64,000 bases of DNA. Source: Antedon mediterranea (Eukaryota; Animalia; Echinodermata). This document shows positions 37,060-50,786 of this stretch, piece by piece (the first letter of the stretch is position 1; each line of letters starts with the position of its first letter). The position numbers and the translations under genes were made by a program. Below the pieces are notes generated by a model, which saw nothing but the letters and a program-made list of their open reading frames with translations, did not search any database and was not told where the DNA came from. The stretch lies in assembly GCF_964355755.1 (NCBI RefSeq), contig NC_092676.1, positions 10,765,888 through 10,829,887 of the forward strand, given 5' to 3'.

Positions 37060-39687
37060 TCTATTGTGAAGTATGTAAATCTGCTCCTTGTGTTTATATC
37101 GGTCAACTAGATAATTAGTATCCCCATTTTACACTTTCTCTGGGAAAAAATTAGAAACAAGTGTTTCTCAACTGATTTGTGTCATTTTGGGTCTATATAT
37201 CCACCAAAAAAAAGTCCCAGCTCATCTGGCCTGGGGAAAGTTGCCATTTTGGATTTTTAAAATGGCTGCCATAAATTACATATTTTTGCTCATAACTCAG
37301 CTTCTACATCATGTATGGACATGATTTTGGTGGTAAAGTATATGTTTTTAGGGTCAAGGAATCCAAATAAAGCATTTTGAAGATTACTCAATGGCCGCCA
37401 TTTTGTTTTTCAAAATGGCCGCCATAAAATACAGATTTTCTCATATCTCAGCTTCTACAAATTATATGGATGTGATTTTGGTGGCAAAGTGTATGTTTTG
37501 AGGGTCAAGGAATGCAAATAAATCATTTTTCAGTTCACTAAATGACCGCCATTGTGTTTTTCAACATGGCTGCCATAGCATTTACAGAATTTTCCACATA
37601 TCTCAACTTCTATCATCATATCTGATTTTGGTGACTAGGCCTAAGTCTATGGTTTACAGAATAAACATTTTCAAAATCTTATACCTTGCCATATTAGAGT
37701 TGCACAGTATATAGTTTTTGGGTTTCGAAATACAAATACACTATTCTGAAATGTTTTTTTGCACAATTGCTATTTTTTATCTTTAAAAATGGAAATGTAA
37801 TTTGAATATCTACAATAAAATGGCCACAATAAACATACAGCTTATTAATTGTCAGCTATCGAACAATCGTCATCACTTTCCTCGTATGATCCTTTACCAT
37901 TAGAGCAGTGACCACTGCAATAACCACACGCAGCAACACATGCTATAGAGTACTTTCTACAGCTGCATTTGTTTGTGCTGCATAGGTTTCCTCCTTTGCA
38001 GTTACAGCATATTGATTTCAGTAAAGATTGAAGTGCAATATCATCGTCTGTCATGATTGGAGATGATTGTCATAAATCCTCCAGCCTCTTTCATCGGGTT
38101 TATAGCATTTGTATTCAAGATCTTCCATGTAATAACTTGCTGATGAGAGTGCTTTATAGTTGAACAATTTTTGATGGTAGTCTGTCTGGATTTAGTTTAC
38201 CCTTTGCTGCCTGTCGCACAAATTAGTCATGTCTTGCCTTGGACAAGATATCTGGATTAAGACCATGTAATCAGCATAGCCTTAATACCATATTTACATT
38301 TTCGATGCTTGATAGCGGGTTGGTGAAAATCGTTACAACAGTAGGAGGGAATTTCTTCTTGTAAATGCAGCTGGTTTAGTGTATCCACATATAGATGATA
38401 CAGTGTCACATACAGACCATGCATAATTAAAAAGAAATTCATCACGGTCAGCGATTAAACCAGTAATAGACGATATGTTAAAGATTCAGCTACTTGTTTG
38501 CAAAAAGAGCTTTGGTTGGATAATGGTAGCATAAAAGAACTAACACATCTGTATCTTCTGCAACTACAACCGCATTTGTATCAGAACAATTGGTTTGAGA
38601 TATAGCTTCTTTAACCATTACCGTGTCTGCATCTTCATCAGCTTGGATGGTTTTAATACCACATCTTTCCATTTCCTGAGAGAGTAATGTTATGAAAGAT
38701 GCTTTGTTGCAGCCATTATGAAGTAATTCCTCTCGTTCTGATTAAACCTTGGTATCTAGAGTAATGTTCACATTACTGCTTGTTTTCTTCTGGAATGTTC
38801 TTCGATGATGCTCGTAGCCTTTGGTTGGCTAGGATATCCATCCCTAGCAACTATACACCACCATTAAATTTCCTCTGGAAGAGGCCTATGTAGGACATCA
38901 CAACATCAGAAAAGTAACCACTTTATTCCATGGTACTTGGTGTAAGAACCAACCACCATCAACAGTGTGAACAGATACGGCATCTATTGTGGTGGCGTTG
39001 GTAACATTCTCCTTCAGCATTCGACCAAATTTTGATTTTTCTGGCTTTCTCATAAATTTGTCCATCTTAAACAAAGCTGTTGGAACAGGTGTCAGTTCAT
39101 GTCCAAATGCTGTTTCGATGTCTCCATCTCTTTCAGAGAGAACAATAAGTCTGTTGAAGAGAACCGTTTTTTCGACAGAAATCATCTTTGTTCCAACTTT
39201 TACATGCTTTTCAAGAGAACTTAGTAGTTTTACTTTCATAGGTGAGTGGCATCGTCCAAGCTTTCTTGGATGTCTTGGCCAATGTTCCAAGCTTGTTCAC
39301 AACTGGTTTGTGTCGGTTATATTCAATCCATTTGAGAGTGAAGCTATCACAAGAGGATCGCTTACCACTATAAATGGTCTTTCTGTAGACGTACTTTCCC
39401 GAAATCTTTGTTACTTCGTTTGTCTCTCTTTAACCGACCCTTTCATCCATCATCATTTCCAGATGCTTTAAGTGCAATAAGCTAGAAACCCACACTTTTA
39501 CTGAATTCGTATGACGAAGTCTGCCACGTGAGACCGCCACTTTATTTGTCTTTTCGCATTAGGGTTCCTCTATTGTCATGTCTGAAAACTTATCATCACT
39601 ATAACACGTTGTGTGATATCCATTCTTATGGAACATCTCATATGTATGTGGAAATTTGTGTTTCAGCTCAAGCATTTTCTGTAGATA

Positions 39688-42632
39688 TAGATGAGTGGAA
39701 ATAGACTTTTCAGTCAAACAAATTGCAACAGTTTGTTTTTTTGCTGAAACATGCTCAAATATATGTAGATATTATCATATCCAAAATCTACCCTGATCTG
39801 CCCATTATAAATTACCTAATTTGCATAAAATCAAAATTGCTGCCATTTTACAACTTTGATCCCAATTATCTCTTAAACCATAAAGAATTTGGTATAAGAA
39901 TGTATTGAACACAAATATAAACATGACCCCAAAGATTCAGAATAATATATTTGATTTGTCTTTGGGGTCAAGGTCAATGGTCATTCCAGTTTGACATCTA
40001 AAATATGCTAATTATCTCTTAATCCATTAGGTATTTTGAATAAGAATGTATAAGTACAAATATAAATGTTACCCTAAAGATTTAAAATAATGTATTTGAT
40101 TTGTCTTTGGGGTCAAGGTCAAAGGTCATTCCAGTATGGCCTCTAAAATATGCTAATTATCTCTTAATCCATTAGGTATTTTGAATAAGAATGTTTAACT
40201 ATAGTACAAATATAGGCCTAAACATGACCCTAACGGTTTAGAATAATGTACAGTAATTGAGTTGTATTAGGGTTCAAGGTTCAAAAGGTTATCTAATTAC
40301 ACTATATAAAATTTGAAAATAACTCTCAAAACATCAGGTATTTTTAACAAGAATGTATTTAATATAAATATGATCCTAAATATTCAGAATGATGCAATTG
40401 AGTTGTATATGGGGTCAAAGTCAAATGTCATCTAATTATGCCATATAAAATATGCTAATTATCTCTCAAAACATCAGGTATTTTTAACAAGAATGTATTT
40501 AATATAAATATGACCCTAAATATTTAGAAAGATGCAATTGAGTTGTATGGGGTCAAAGTCAAATGTCATCTAATTATGCCATATAATATATGCTAATTAT
40601 CTCTCAAAACATCAGGTATTTTGAACAAGAATGTATTTAATAGAAATATACATAATATGTTCTTATGATTTGCATTTGATTTGTATTGGGTCAAGATAAA
40701 ATGTCATTATCTTACAATATAAAATACTCTAATTATGAAGTGAATTCATTTCAATTTGGATGATGTACTTATGAACAACTCATATCTATTTTGAAAAGCT
40801 CATTTGAGTTAACTTCAGGGATCAGACTATTAGGAAAGGTGTTTTAATTGTAAGGAATTACATTTATTATATTTGGTTTTTTTTTTTTAGATTATAGTAC
40901 ACTATGCTAAAATATGTCACACAAAAACTGTCAATCCTGGCTGGTTGTGTGAAGTGTTTAAACTGAAATTATGGGAAAGTGTGGAAACACCTTTACCCTT
41001 ACAAAATTTGTAACTGTGAAAATGGAGGTCATGTGGTTCAAACAGTAACCGACCACTTGAAACAGTAAAACCTGACCCTAACATTTGGGAAAAGTTAAGT
41101 TGTACTAACCAAAGTGGGTGCAGAAGTGAAAGATGACATATTCTGTGTATTAAGAATACAGAGACTATGAGAACTAAAAATCTTTAGAACAAGTGTCTAT
41201 AGTTTACTTTAGTATAAGAACGAGTCCTCTGCTCTCAAATGACACAAATATAAAGATACATTAAAAAAAAATTAGAATCTTTCGTAACACCCTAAATTTT
41301 TAAGTTTGAGATGGATGAAAATTTAAAAAAATCCAGCCATTAAAAACAAGTGTAGTTTGTATTCATATTTAAATACCATTAGTGTACTGTATGTTAAAAT
41401 TTATCTAAACACAAACATTTTAAAGTATCAGTATATATTAGGATTAAGTAACAGTATTTATTAATACTTTTATTAGCAAAATGATGCTTCAATCGAGAAT
41501 GTAATGAATACAGTAAGACAGTAATGAATACAGTAAGACAGTAATGAATACAGTAAGACAGTAATGAATTCAGTAAGACAGTAAGTCATTGTGATACTTA
41601 CTAAAGTATACTTTAACAAAACTAGTTCTTTGCAACTGTTGTTGCTTAGTTTAATTGTAGATAATTTGATTTAAAAAAAAAAGATAGATGATAATTTAAA
41701 TTACTAATTATCAGAAAGCTAAGTTTATTGGTCTACTCTGACGTAATTTTACTGAATTCTCAGTGAAGCGAGAATTGTCCAGAGTATGGCAAAAACATCT
41801 TAAAAAGTAACTCCATTGACGATCGAGTCCGACCCAAGAATTATTTAGACATTTTTGTGACCAATGTTTCAGAAATGTAAGCTTATAAGCTTTGTAGGTC
41901 TACTAAAGTAGGTATGCCTAAATGTAAAAGTAAATGTCAAAATAAGCTATACTGTATGGTATAAAGTAAATGACCTACTGATACTATGTAAATTTAGTAG
42001 TTATAATATTTATAAATAAACTATTTTTTTTTTAATTGACCTAGTAGTCTCTGGGTGGGAGGGGTGTGGGCGCAGTGTGCAGACATCAATCTGCTGCAAT
42101 GTCTGTACTGTATATGCTATGTTTTTAGTAGTAGTAAGACTACTATTGAAATTGATTTAAAGGATAATTTGAATTTTTTTATATTGTGACCTTTGACCCC
42201 AGGGTAAGATGAAAAATCAAATGTGCTATTCAGAATCTTAAGGGTCATGTTTATATTTGTACTTATACATTCTTATTCAAAATACCTAATGGATTAAGAG
42301 ATAATTTGCATAATTTAGATGTCAAACTGGAATGACCTTTGACCCCAAAGACAAATCAAATATATTATTCTGAATCTTTGGGGTCATGTTTATATTTGTG
42401 TTCAATACATTCTTATACCAAATTCTTTATGGTTTAAGAGATAATTGGGATCAAAGTTGTAAAATGGCAGCCATTTTGATTTTATGCAAATTAGGTAATT
42501 TATAATGGGCAGATCAGGGTAGATTTTGGATATGATAATATCTACATATAGTTGAGCATATTTCAGCAAAAAAACAAACTGTTGCAATTTGTTTGACTCA
42601 ACGCCTATTTTTCATCTATTTCCACTCATCTA
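39688..42632. mobile_element. Non-autonomous Academ-type element nested in the transposase gene
   Basis: TAGATGAGTGGAAATAG...CTATTTCCACTCATCTA; ATA TSD; long arms with about 120-bp subrepeats. Confidence 0.8.
41501..41584. repeat. 20-bp minisatellite x4 (GTAATGAATACAGTAAGACA)
   Basis: Directly visible. Confidence 0.9.
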
Positions 42633-45600
42633 ATATAACATTCCACTCTTGGCATATTGTCCATGATCAGCTGCTGCAAATATGTAAAGCATAGATGATA
42701 CTGTCTGAAGATAGAGCGGCTAGGTACAGTATTGCCTAACAAGTGATACCATCTCGTGATATAAAGCCCACAACTTAGATGTTCTTGATACCTGTTTGAT
42801 CTTCCCGATTGTTCTATTTACTGTGTCTATATCTGGATATGCAGCTCCCTTTAAAATGTAAGTGACAGTATTTGGTTCATAAAGTAAGCAAAGCACATCT
42901 TCCAAACCCGAACCAGTCATTATATGTGCAATACAACCCAGGATGCTCTTGAGAAGATTGAATCATCCAAGCCTGACAACAACTGGCAGGTGCCTTTTCT
43001 TAACTATCTGTATTGTTTTAACCCACAGTGGTTGATTATGTGAAGAGCTATAAGATATACATTTACAGAGTGAAATCTACAGAGTGTCGAATTATCATTT
43101 GGGTCATTTAGAATGATCGGCAGAAACTCTATTGTCGACTTCTCCACTGATCCAGTACTTGTGCATAAATCCAGACCAGTGCTGGTCTCCGGTGTATTTG
43201 GTAACCATCCATTCACCACATAAGACGCTGCTTTAAATGGGGATCTCTTTTGTCACAAAAAGCATATATGATGATAAAAGCTGAGATATGAACAAAATTC
43301 TGTAAATTTTATGGCAGCCATTTTGAAAAACAAAATGGCGACCATAGAGTGAACTAATTTATTTGCATTCATTGACCCTCAAAAAATACATTTTGCCACC
43401 AAAATCACATCCATATAATTTGTAGAAGCTGAGGTATTCAATCAGTATTTTATGGCGGCCATTTTGAAAAACAAAATGGCGGCCATTGAGTAATCTTCAA
43501 AATGCTGTATTTGGATTCCTTGACCCTAAAAACATATACTTTACCACCAAAATCATGTCCATACATGGTAGAAGCTGAGTTATGAGCAAAAATATGTAAT
43601 TTATGGCGGCCATTTTAAAAATCCAAAATGGCGACTTTCCCCAGGTCAGATGAGCTGGAACTTTTTTTTGGTGGATATATAGACCCCAGATGACACAAAT
43701 CAGTCGAGAAACATTTGTTTCTAATTTTTTCCCAGATTGGCCCTTTTTAGACTTAATTTAGGGATACTAAATACAACTCATACATTCATATTATATACAC
43801 AAAGTACCACCCATGATGATGCATTGTATTGTGTGTAACAAGTAACAAATTGAGTCTAGACACATTTTTGTGTTCAATTTATATTATACATCCAAATTAT
43901 AGACTTCATAATACTAATAGAAAACTTTCAAAATTTAAAAGCAATATAGATTTTTTTTTAAAGTAATTTAACTACTATTCAGATTATTTAAATACATTAA
44001 TTTATTATTTATTTCGTTCACCCCCGTTTATGAATTTGGCTACTACTGTAGTATATAAATTCACAAAAATCGTATCAATTTGAAATGAAAATGATGTCGC
44101 CACTTGATGGAGATATAAACCTTGGTACAATTACTTTACAAATTAGTATTATGTTGAGATGTTTTCAGGATCTGCTCCACATAATAATTATCAAATGTTT
44201 AGACTGTACGAAGTCATTATTGCACCAATACAATTTTGTCAAAAAGCTTGTAAGCTTGTAAGACGTCAATGTTTTGATAATCTGTCACTTTTGCAAACAT
44301 ACATCTTGTGATATCTTTAACGGTGTCGTAATTGAATCTTAGCATTGTATCAGGTGTTATGGACACCACAAATAAATAGCAATGAGAACAAGTGAATAAG
44401 GGGACTTTAATACGATGCAGTTGCGATGGACTACACATTATTCCACCACCACCACCACCACCACAAATCAGTGCAAAGTCTTTGAACATTCCAAATTGAT
44501 GCTACATAGTGCCAAAACAACTCATGATGGTCCACAAACATGTGCATATTGCTAACAAATTTTCTAATTTGTGTTTTGTAGTCAAATTTTTTTTTTTGAA
44601 AGGGACATTACGATTATGATGTTTTTTGTCATTTTGCTGTTGGTAATAATGAGTTGTATTTTACTGATGAAATAACTGTTGATGTTTCACTTTGTGTGTC
44701 TACATTTACAAATGTATTTATTTGGTGGATACTACATCTTCATCTTGTATCTTTTGATCTTAAAGTTGATTACAGTTTTAAGTGATTGGAGACATTTATG
44801 TTAATGTTCCAGTATATGTAAATTCATTTCAGTTTATTATGTTAATGTTTCTGTGGTATAACAGTTCAGTTGAATTTAACAAAAATGAATGATGCCTTCA
44901 TAAATTAAAATAGGATCAGATTAAAATATTTTAATTTTTATTTCTAAGTTATACAAAGGTTTTGTGTATGGGTGCAATGTATAATCAAGGCAAGGATGTT
45001 GAGCTCTGTTAGATCAAAGGTTTTATGTGTAGCTGCAACACAATCCGTTTCATGCCCCTAAACAGAACCGACGAATGATGTACTTGGTACTGTAATTGCA
45101 ACTATGAATTTGTCAAAGGGGTGTTACAAGTTCCTATCTTAGCAAGGCAAGCTCAGAATCCTGTTAGATTTTCTGGTATAATCTACTTTATCTACAAAAT
45201 TTTAATATTAAAGCAAATATTAATGTATTTTATTCATTTAAAAACTTGTTGTACAGATGTACTGTAACACAATAAAATGTATGTATTTATTAGTGTGCTA
45301 TATTTTATCAGTATTTCTGTAAAAATAAATTATAAAGTTTAGTGTGTAGTATGCAAACAATTCTGTCCATTACAATACTGTAGCATTATATTTAGCTAAG
45401 TTTTTATTTTGCAAGTTTTTTTAGGCTTTATTCTACTTTCTATGTTAGCAACCCATTTTTTGTTATTATAAATGTCCAATCTTTTAAATGGTCATTGATA
45501 GAGTTTATCCTGCAAAACCACCTCTCTGGTGACTCTTTACAATCCTTGGCTGTGTGCCCAAAAAGTAAATTTACAATACAAATTGACTGGCTAATACAGG

Positions 45601-46177
45601 CTTCCCGTCGGTGTTTCACAAAGTCCCTAATAACTTTTTGAACAGAACTGACTGTACTAATCTGACATCAAGAATTATATTTTATTTATTATCATTCATT
45701 GTCTTTCAAAATCTAATATCTGTGCTAGAAAATATATAATTACAAATGGTATTATTATATTATACTGTATTTACAGTAAATATGTAATTAATTTTTATTT
45801 TAACAATAATGTATACAACTACTGCTGACTATTTCTTTAAATGAATCAGTGTTTAGAAATGTATAGTCTAATTAGCAAATTTTATATAAAAGTTTATGTA
45901 AACAATAGTCATCTTTATTTTATGCCTATTGATATAATGATTTTTGATATTAGTTGAATGACAATTGAATGAATTTCTCCAGTTGATAGAATAGGACATT
46001 CAGGTTTCAATGAATGAATAATTCTCCCCATTTAACCAACATACAAAATAATAATTTTATAGCACACTTTCTACTATTTTTAAATTAATCCGGCGCTTTC
46101 ATCTGAAATTGAATGTCGGGCGCTCTTGTTTTGGCAGTGGACAAGAGGAGAAGGAAAATGATCTACATGCAATACAA

Positions 46178-46295
46178 AATCAACCAATCAAATTATTGTT
46201 TATATGAGTAAGTCAATAATGAATTTATCAACCAATCAAATTATTGTTTATATGAGTAGTCACTAATGAATTTATCAACCAATCAAATTATTATT
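46178..46295. repeat. About 47-bp tandem repeat x2.5 containing CCAAT
   Basis: ATCAACCAATCAAATTATT occurs three times. Confidence 0.8.
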
Positions 46296-47518
46296 ATTAA
46301 GTAACATCTTATTAACTTACTGAGTTTTATCAAAATGTGTACCGTCTTTTTTTTTTCATAGCCAGACTATTATAACTGTACCTTTATTGCGTTAGGACTT
46401 TCCATATGTAAATGAATATTTATTTTTATTTCAAATGTCATCCCATATCTAATGTATTGTATGTGTGCTTTTGAAAATAAATGTCAGGTCAAGCTACATA
46501 TTTGTTAGATATGGTGTATTCACATATTATTGCTGGCAGTTTAGGCATTATCCTGGCAAATATAAATTGTCCATTCATTTTATCATTTAAATAATAGTTT
46601 TAAATTTGCAAAGAGGGTTCACGATTCAAATAATGGTCAAACTCCACTGCCTAAGACAGTGTCTTAATCTCGCCTTCTAAGACTTATCCTTGGTTTTCAA
46701 TTATGGCAAACTTCTTCTGAGTTTTATAGTCGCTCTGTTAACAGTGCGGTGTACACCATCGGGTCTATCTGTCCTCTTGCTTGGTCTAATATAAATAATT
46801 AATAAAGTTTCGGCCTGGCTTAATTTCGCCTGCAGTTTACTAGGTTTAATAAATGGTATTACTTCAAAAAATGTTATCTAAGGTTGCTTTTTAAAATGTC
46901 GTTTTATTTATTCTTTTTTTTTATTTGTAAGAAAGTTTATAACAATTCGTGAGTAAATTATTTCACATTCCAGTTCAATGCCAGTAATCGTTTCTATTAA
47001 ACGTACATGTATGATTTTATAAAAGCAATATTTATAACTGTATTTTAGAATGTACTATGGCATTTCATTCAGTTTTTAAAATCTGGTCATCTATTATGAC
47101 AATTTGGTCACTATTACAAATGTACCAATACATTTACAATTACTCAAAGTCACTAAATTATTATTATTGTGATGAAAGATTCAACCTCATCATTTTCTTC
47201 CTTTTTAATTATTTTATAATGAAGATAAATATTTGTTTGAGTATGGTCATCAAGATTGTTACCTGCCATGTATATATATGCTTGTATTTGAAACCCTTGA
47301 AAGCCTTTGGTAGTTTAGACTGTGCATGTGCAATAGCCCGATGTTGTGTATACTATACAAAAGACATGCCGTGTTAATAATAAAATATAAATGTCTTTTT
47401 TATAAATCATTATTTACGTTTGTTATGTAAACCTTTCTAGTAATGTACCTTAAGAAATGAAAATAAATCAGCACATACAGACTTTCAATTGTTTTAGTAT
47501 TTTTTTGATTATTTAATA

Positions 47519-50500
47519 TAGTCAGGCAGCATTTGTATTTTACTTCATATATTTAGCCAAGTTTGATTTTTTACTTTTAAGTGATCAAGGACATCACAAC
47601 GAACAACTTCCAACTTGTTGTCCAAATTCTAAACGCGTTTTTCATTCGCTGGGGGCGCTTTTTCAAAATGGCCGCTTATGCTATCAAGTACTTATATCTC
47701 GGCAACCACTAATCGTAGAGACTTGGTTTTAATCTTAAAATGTTTGTAAGGAACATATTTATATTTACTCTAATGGAATATTTTGACCAGAAATGACTGA
47801 AAATGCCATTTCTGACCGTTTGACCTTTGACCTTCTATCATCATATCTCGGTAACTAATGGTCACACAGACTTGACATTTGTTTCAAATTGTTCGCAGTA
47901 TGCCTTTTTATATTTACTGTAATTAAATGTTTTGTTTTAAAGCAAACAGAAATGCCATATCTGACCTCTTGCCCTAATGCATGTAATATCCACAACTGAG
48001 AGACTATAGATTTGTCTAGTATTGTTTATAACTTGTACCGGTACTTGTGGTTTTGTTGATGATATCCCTTGTTCCAAAATCAATATTTCAAATCACCAAT
48101 GGAACTGTTATAATAAATAAATACATACCATAAATATTGAATATAGTCAGATTACCCTCTCCAGTCAATAAAGTTCATCGATATTGTCTACTAGCTCTAC
48201 ATTCCAGTCCTTTGTATTCTCACATCCATCACCACACTCATATGCATCAGTACAGAGCAAGTTGTTTTTCTTACAACTACAGCGATTTGTTGAACATGAA
48301 CCATTGCAGGTACATCGACGAATTTCTAGAAGAGCTTCTGGTGCTGGTGGATTGTTGAAAAATACCGGCTTCAAGTGACCATCTTCTAGTTACCAGGAGT
48401 AGTCAGTTGCTGGTGGAATAGATGGAGTTGGCTTGCATGATGAATTACATACAATAGACATGTAGTATGCTCTTTCCACGTGTGATCTAAGAGTTTCCAT
48501 GGTTGTGGGTAATTGTTGTCCTTCCTTGCCTTTCTGTGCAAATAACATCCATCTCAAGTCTGTGACATAATCTGCCTTGATCTTAGAAGTACTGTATAAT
48601 ATGCAAACATATCTTTCCATTTGCCTGAAAATCCAATTTGGTATTTCAGAGGTCAGTCCATATACAGCAAATGCATCTAGTATTTCATCGTCACATTTCA
48701 AAAGTGCTTTGAAATGGGCGGACACTCCTTTTCCAGCAAATGTACCTGTGTTATCTGTACCTTTAAATGCGTACCATCCAATCAGTGCTGCTGATATTTG
48801 TTTTCAAAGTCGGTAATAGCATTCCCATATAGGTATTTTTCCCCTCTTTTCCTACAAATGTGGTCATTGGAGGAAGTAGAGGATAGCTTCCTGTTAAAAG
48901 GATAAAGACATCAGTATCTACAGAAAATATGTCAACATTGGCACTTGGGTCTTTGTTCATACAATCAAAGGCATTCAATAAGACCAGTTGGTCCCCTTCT
49001 TCCAATGTGTGTTGTCCGTGTTTCATCTCTGGCATCATGATAACTTCTGAGAGATTGCAGTTTGCCATCATGGACGTGTGATGTGTTACTAGGACCTTCT
49101 TCGTGTTGTTCTTGAAGTGATTAGGTATCTTCTCTTACAGATATTTTGTAAGTTCAGCTTTGGTCTCTTTGTGCGATAAAAATGTCTTAATGTTCTTAAT
49201 CTCAGTGTTGTCATTGACATGGTAGTGAATGGTAGTTGTTTTCTGTGTTCTCTTTCTCGTGTAGATTCTTTTAAAGATCCTGATAGATATTGATCAAATA
49301 AAAGACGAACTTCATCATATGGTTTGCTCATACCAACAATCAGGTTAACAAATTCAGACACCTTTTTTACCATATTGATGACACACATGCCATCAATAAT
49401 TGGGATTGATGCTGCTTTTTATCATCTTTCTGTACAGGCCTGCTGACATTATCTGGTAGAGGGAGTTCTGTTATTGACTGCAATACCTTGGATTTTCCAG
49501 AAAGCATTATCATTCTTCCATCTGGATGGAAATTTGATGGTGGAGTGCTATTGAACTCATAGTTGCCTAAGACATCCTTTAGAGCGAACTCTGGCCTGCT
49601 CTTCGCCACAACTAACAATCTAGACAGCAGCTTTCTCTCTTGCTTAATTGAAACTAGTTGACCATTAATTTTGGTTTTCACCACTGCTCCTACATGCTTG
49701 AAATAAGAGAAGTTGTTTTTCTTTTGAGGGTCCCAAAATTTTACGGTTTTTTTAACCATTCGTGAAGTCACAAATTTATCCAATGCTTCTTTTCCTAATT
49801 GGTCTTGCTTTTCAATCGTTTGACTGACATCATCGGAGGTTACCATGCCAGGCACTGAGTTGGCTTGTCACTGAGTTCCACGGGGATCTTACCAGGCTAG
49901 CATTGTTTGCTAGGTGTTAGCGACAAGGCCTAGGCTTGAACTATAGTTTATAACTATTTAACTAAGGCCTCTGTACAATATTTATATCAGCATAGGTACA
50001 TTATTATACAAGTAAATGTATATGTACTAATAATAAGTATGATTTCCCAGCAAACACTGTTTAAATCGGTTTAAAAAACACTTACCATTTAAACTCATGA
50101 AATCTAATCTGCTTGAACTTTCAGCCAATCACAGGCTAGGATTATGTATGGAGATAATGAGTGGCTTTTATTTATTTTAAAACTTTAATATCCAAGCTTA
50201 AGTGAATGTTTTAAAGCATCAATAATTAAAAAATCAATAATGTGTTACAAATATGGATGTTCTGAGCAATCTGTCGAAAAATGTTATCTATAACCAACAT
50301 GTTGTGGATATCACACAGGTTATGGTCAAAGGTTTTTCCAGCCATCTTGAAACAAACCTTTGCATTAAAGCAAATAGAAACATGTATTTTCTGAACAATT
50401 TGGGATAAATATCAACTCTTTCTGACCAATAGTTATTGAGATATGATAAGATTAGGTTAAAGGTCAAATGGTCAGAAATAGTATTGACAGTCATTTTAGG

Positions 50501-50786
50501 GCAAAATGTTCCATTATAGTGAATAGAATTATGTACCTTACGAACATTTTAAGACTAAAACCAAGTCTCTACGATTAGTGGTTGCCGAGATATAAGTACT
50601 TGATAGCATAGGTGGCCATTTTGAAAAAGCGCCCCCAGCGAATGAAAAACGCGTTTAGAATTTAGACAACAAGTTGGAAGTTGTGTCTTGTGATGTCCTT
50701 GATCACTTAAAAGTGAAAAATCAAACTTGGCTAAATATATGAACTTATGAAGTAAAGTTAATATAGTGACAAATGCTGCCTGACTA
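47519..50786 (-). mobile_element. Second decayed Academ-type transposon (internal deletion derivative)
   Basis: TAGTCAGGCAGCATTTGT...ACAAATGCTGCCTGACTA; about 300-bp TIRs; flanks AATA/AACA. Confidence 0.78.
48165..49855 (-). pseudogene. C-terminal half of an Academ protein (XPG-like nuclease plus Cys finger), frameshifted
   Basis: FDQY..GSLK..TR, SVDTDVFILL, LPTT...L..HV.RAYY, CTCNGSCSTNRCSCKKNNLLCT. Confidence 0.72.

Larger units (their letters stand above)
37845..43219 (-). pseudogene. Fragmented Academ transposase/XPG-like/Cys-finger coding sequence
   Basis: ORFs 43004-43219, 42720-42920, 38898-39290, 38490-38672 and 37845-38054 lie in the expected order with frameshifts. Confidence 0.7.
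37116..43769 (-). mobile_element. Decayed Academ (AcademX-type) DNA transposon
   Basis: TAGTATCCC...GGGATACTA termini, AAT TSD, about 450-bp TIRs; frameshifted ORF pieces MTGSGLED, ELTPVPTALF, DADT...AEDTDVLVLL (XPG/FEN1-like), and a C-terminal Cys-rich CxC finger. Confidence 0.8.

Noticed and set aside
37845-38054. Tesmin/LIN54 or KIF4-type CXC host gene
   Set aside because: Lies inside TIRs at the end of a frameshifted transposon ORF; a similar finger recurs at 48165-48374.
39723-42587. Twin 61-aa ORFs on opposite strands
   Set aside because: Mirror images produced by the TIRs; no coding features.
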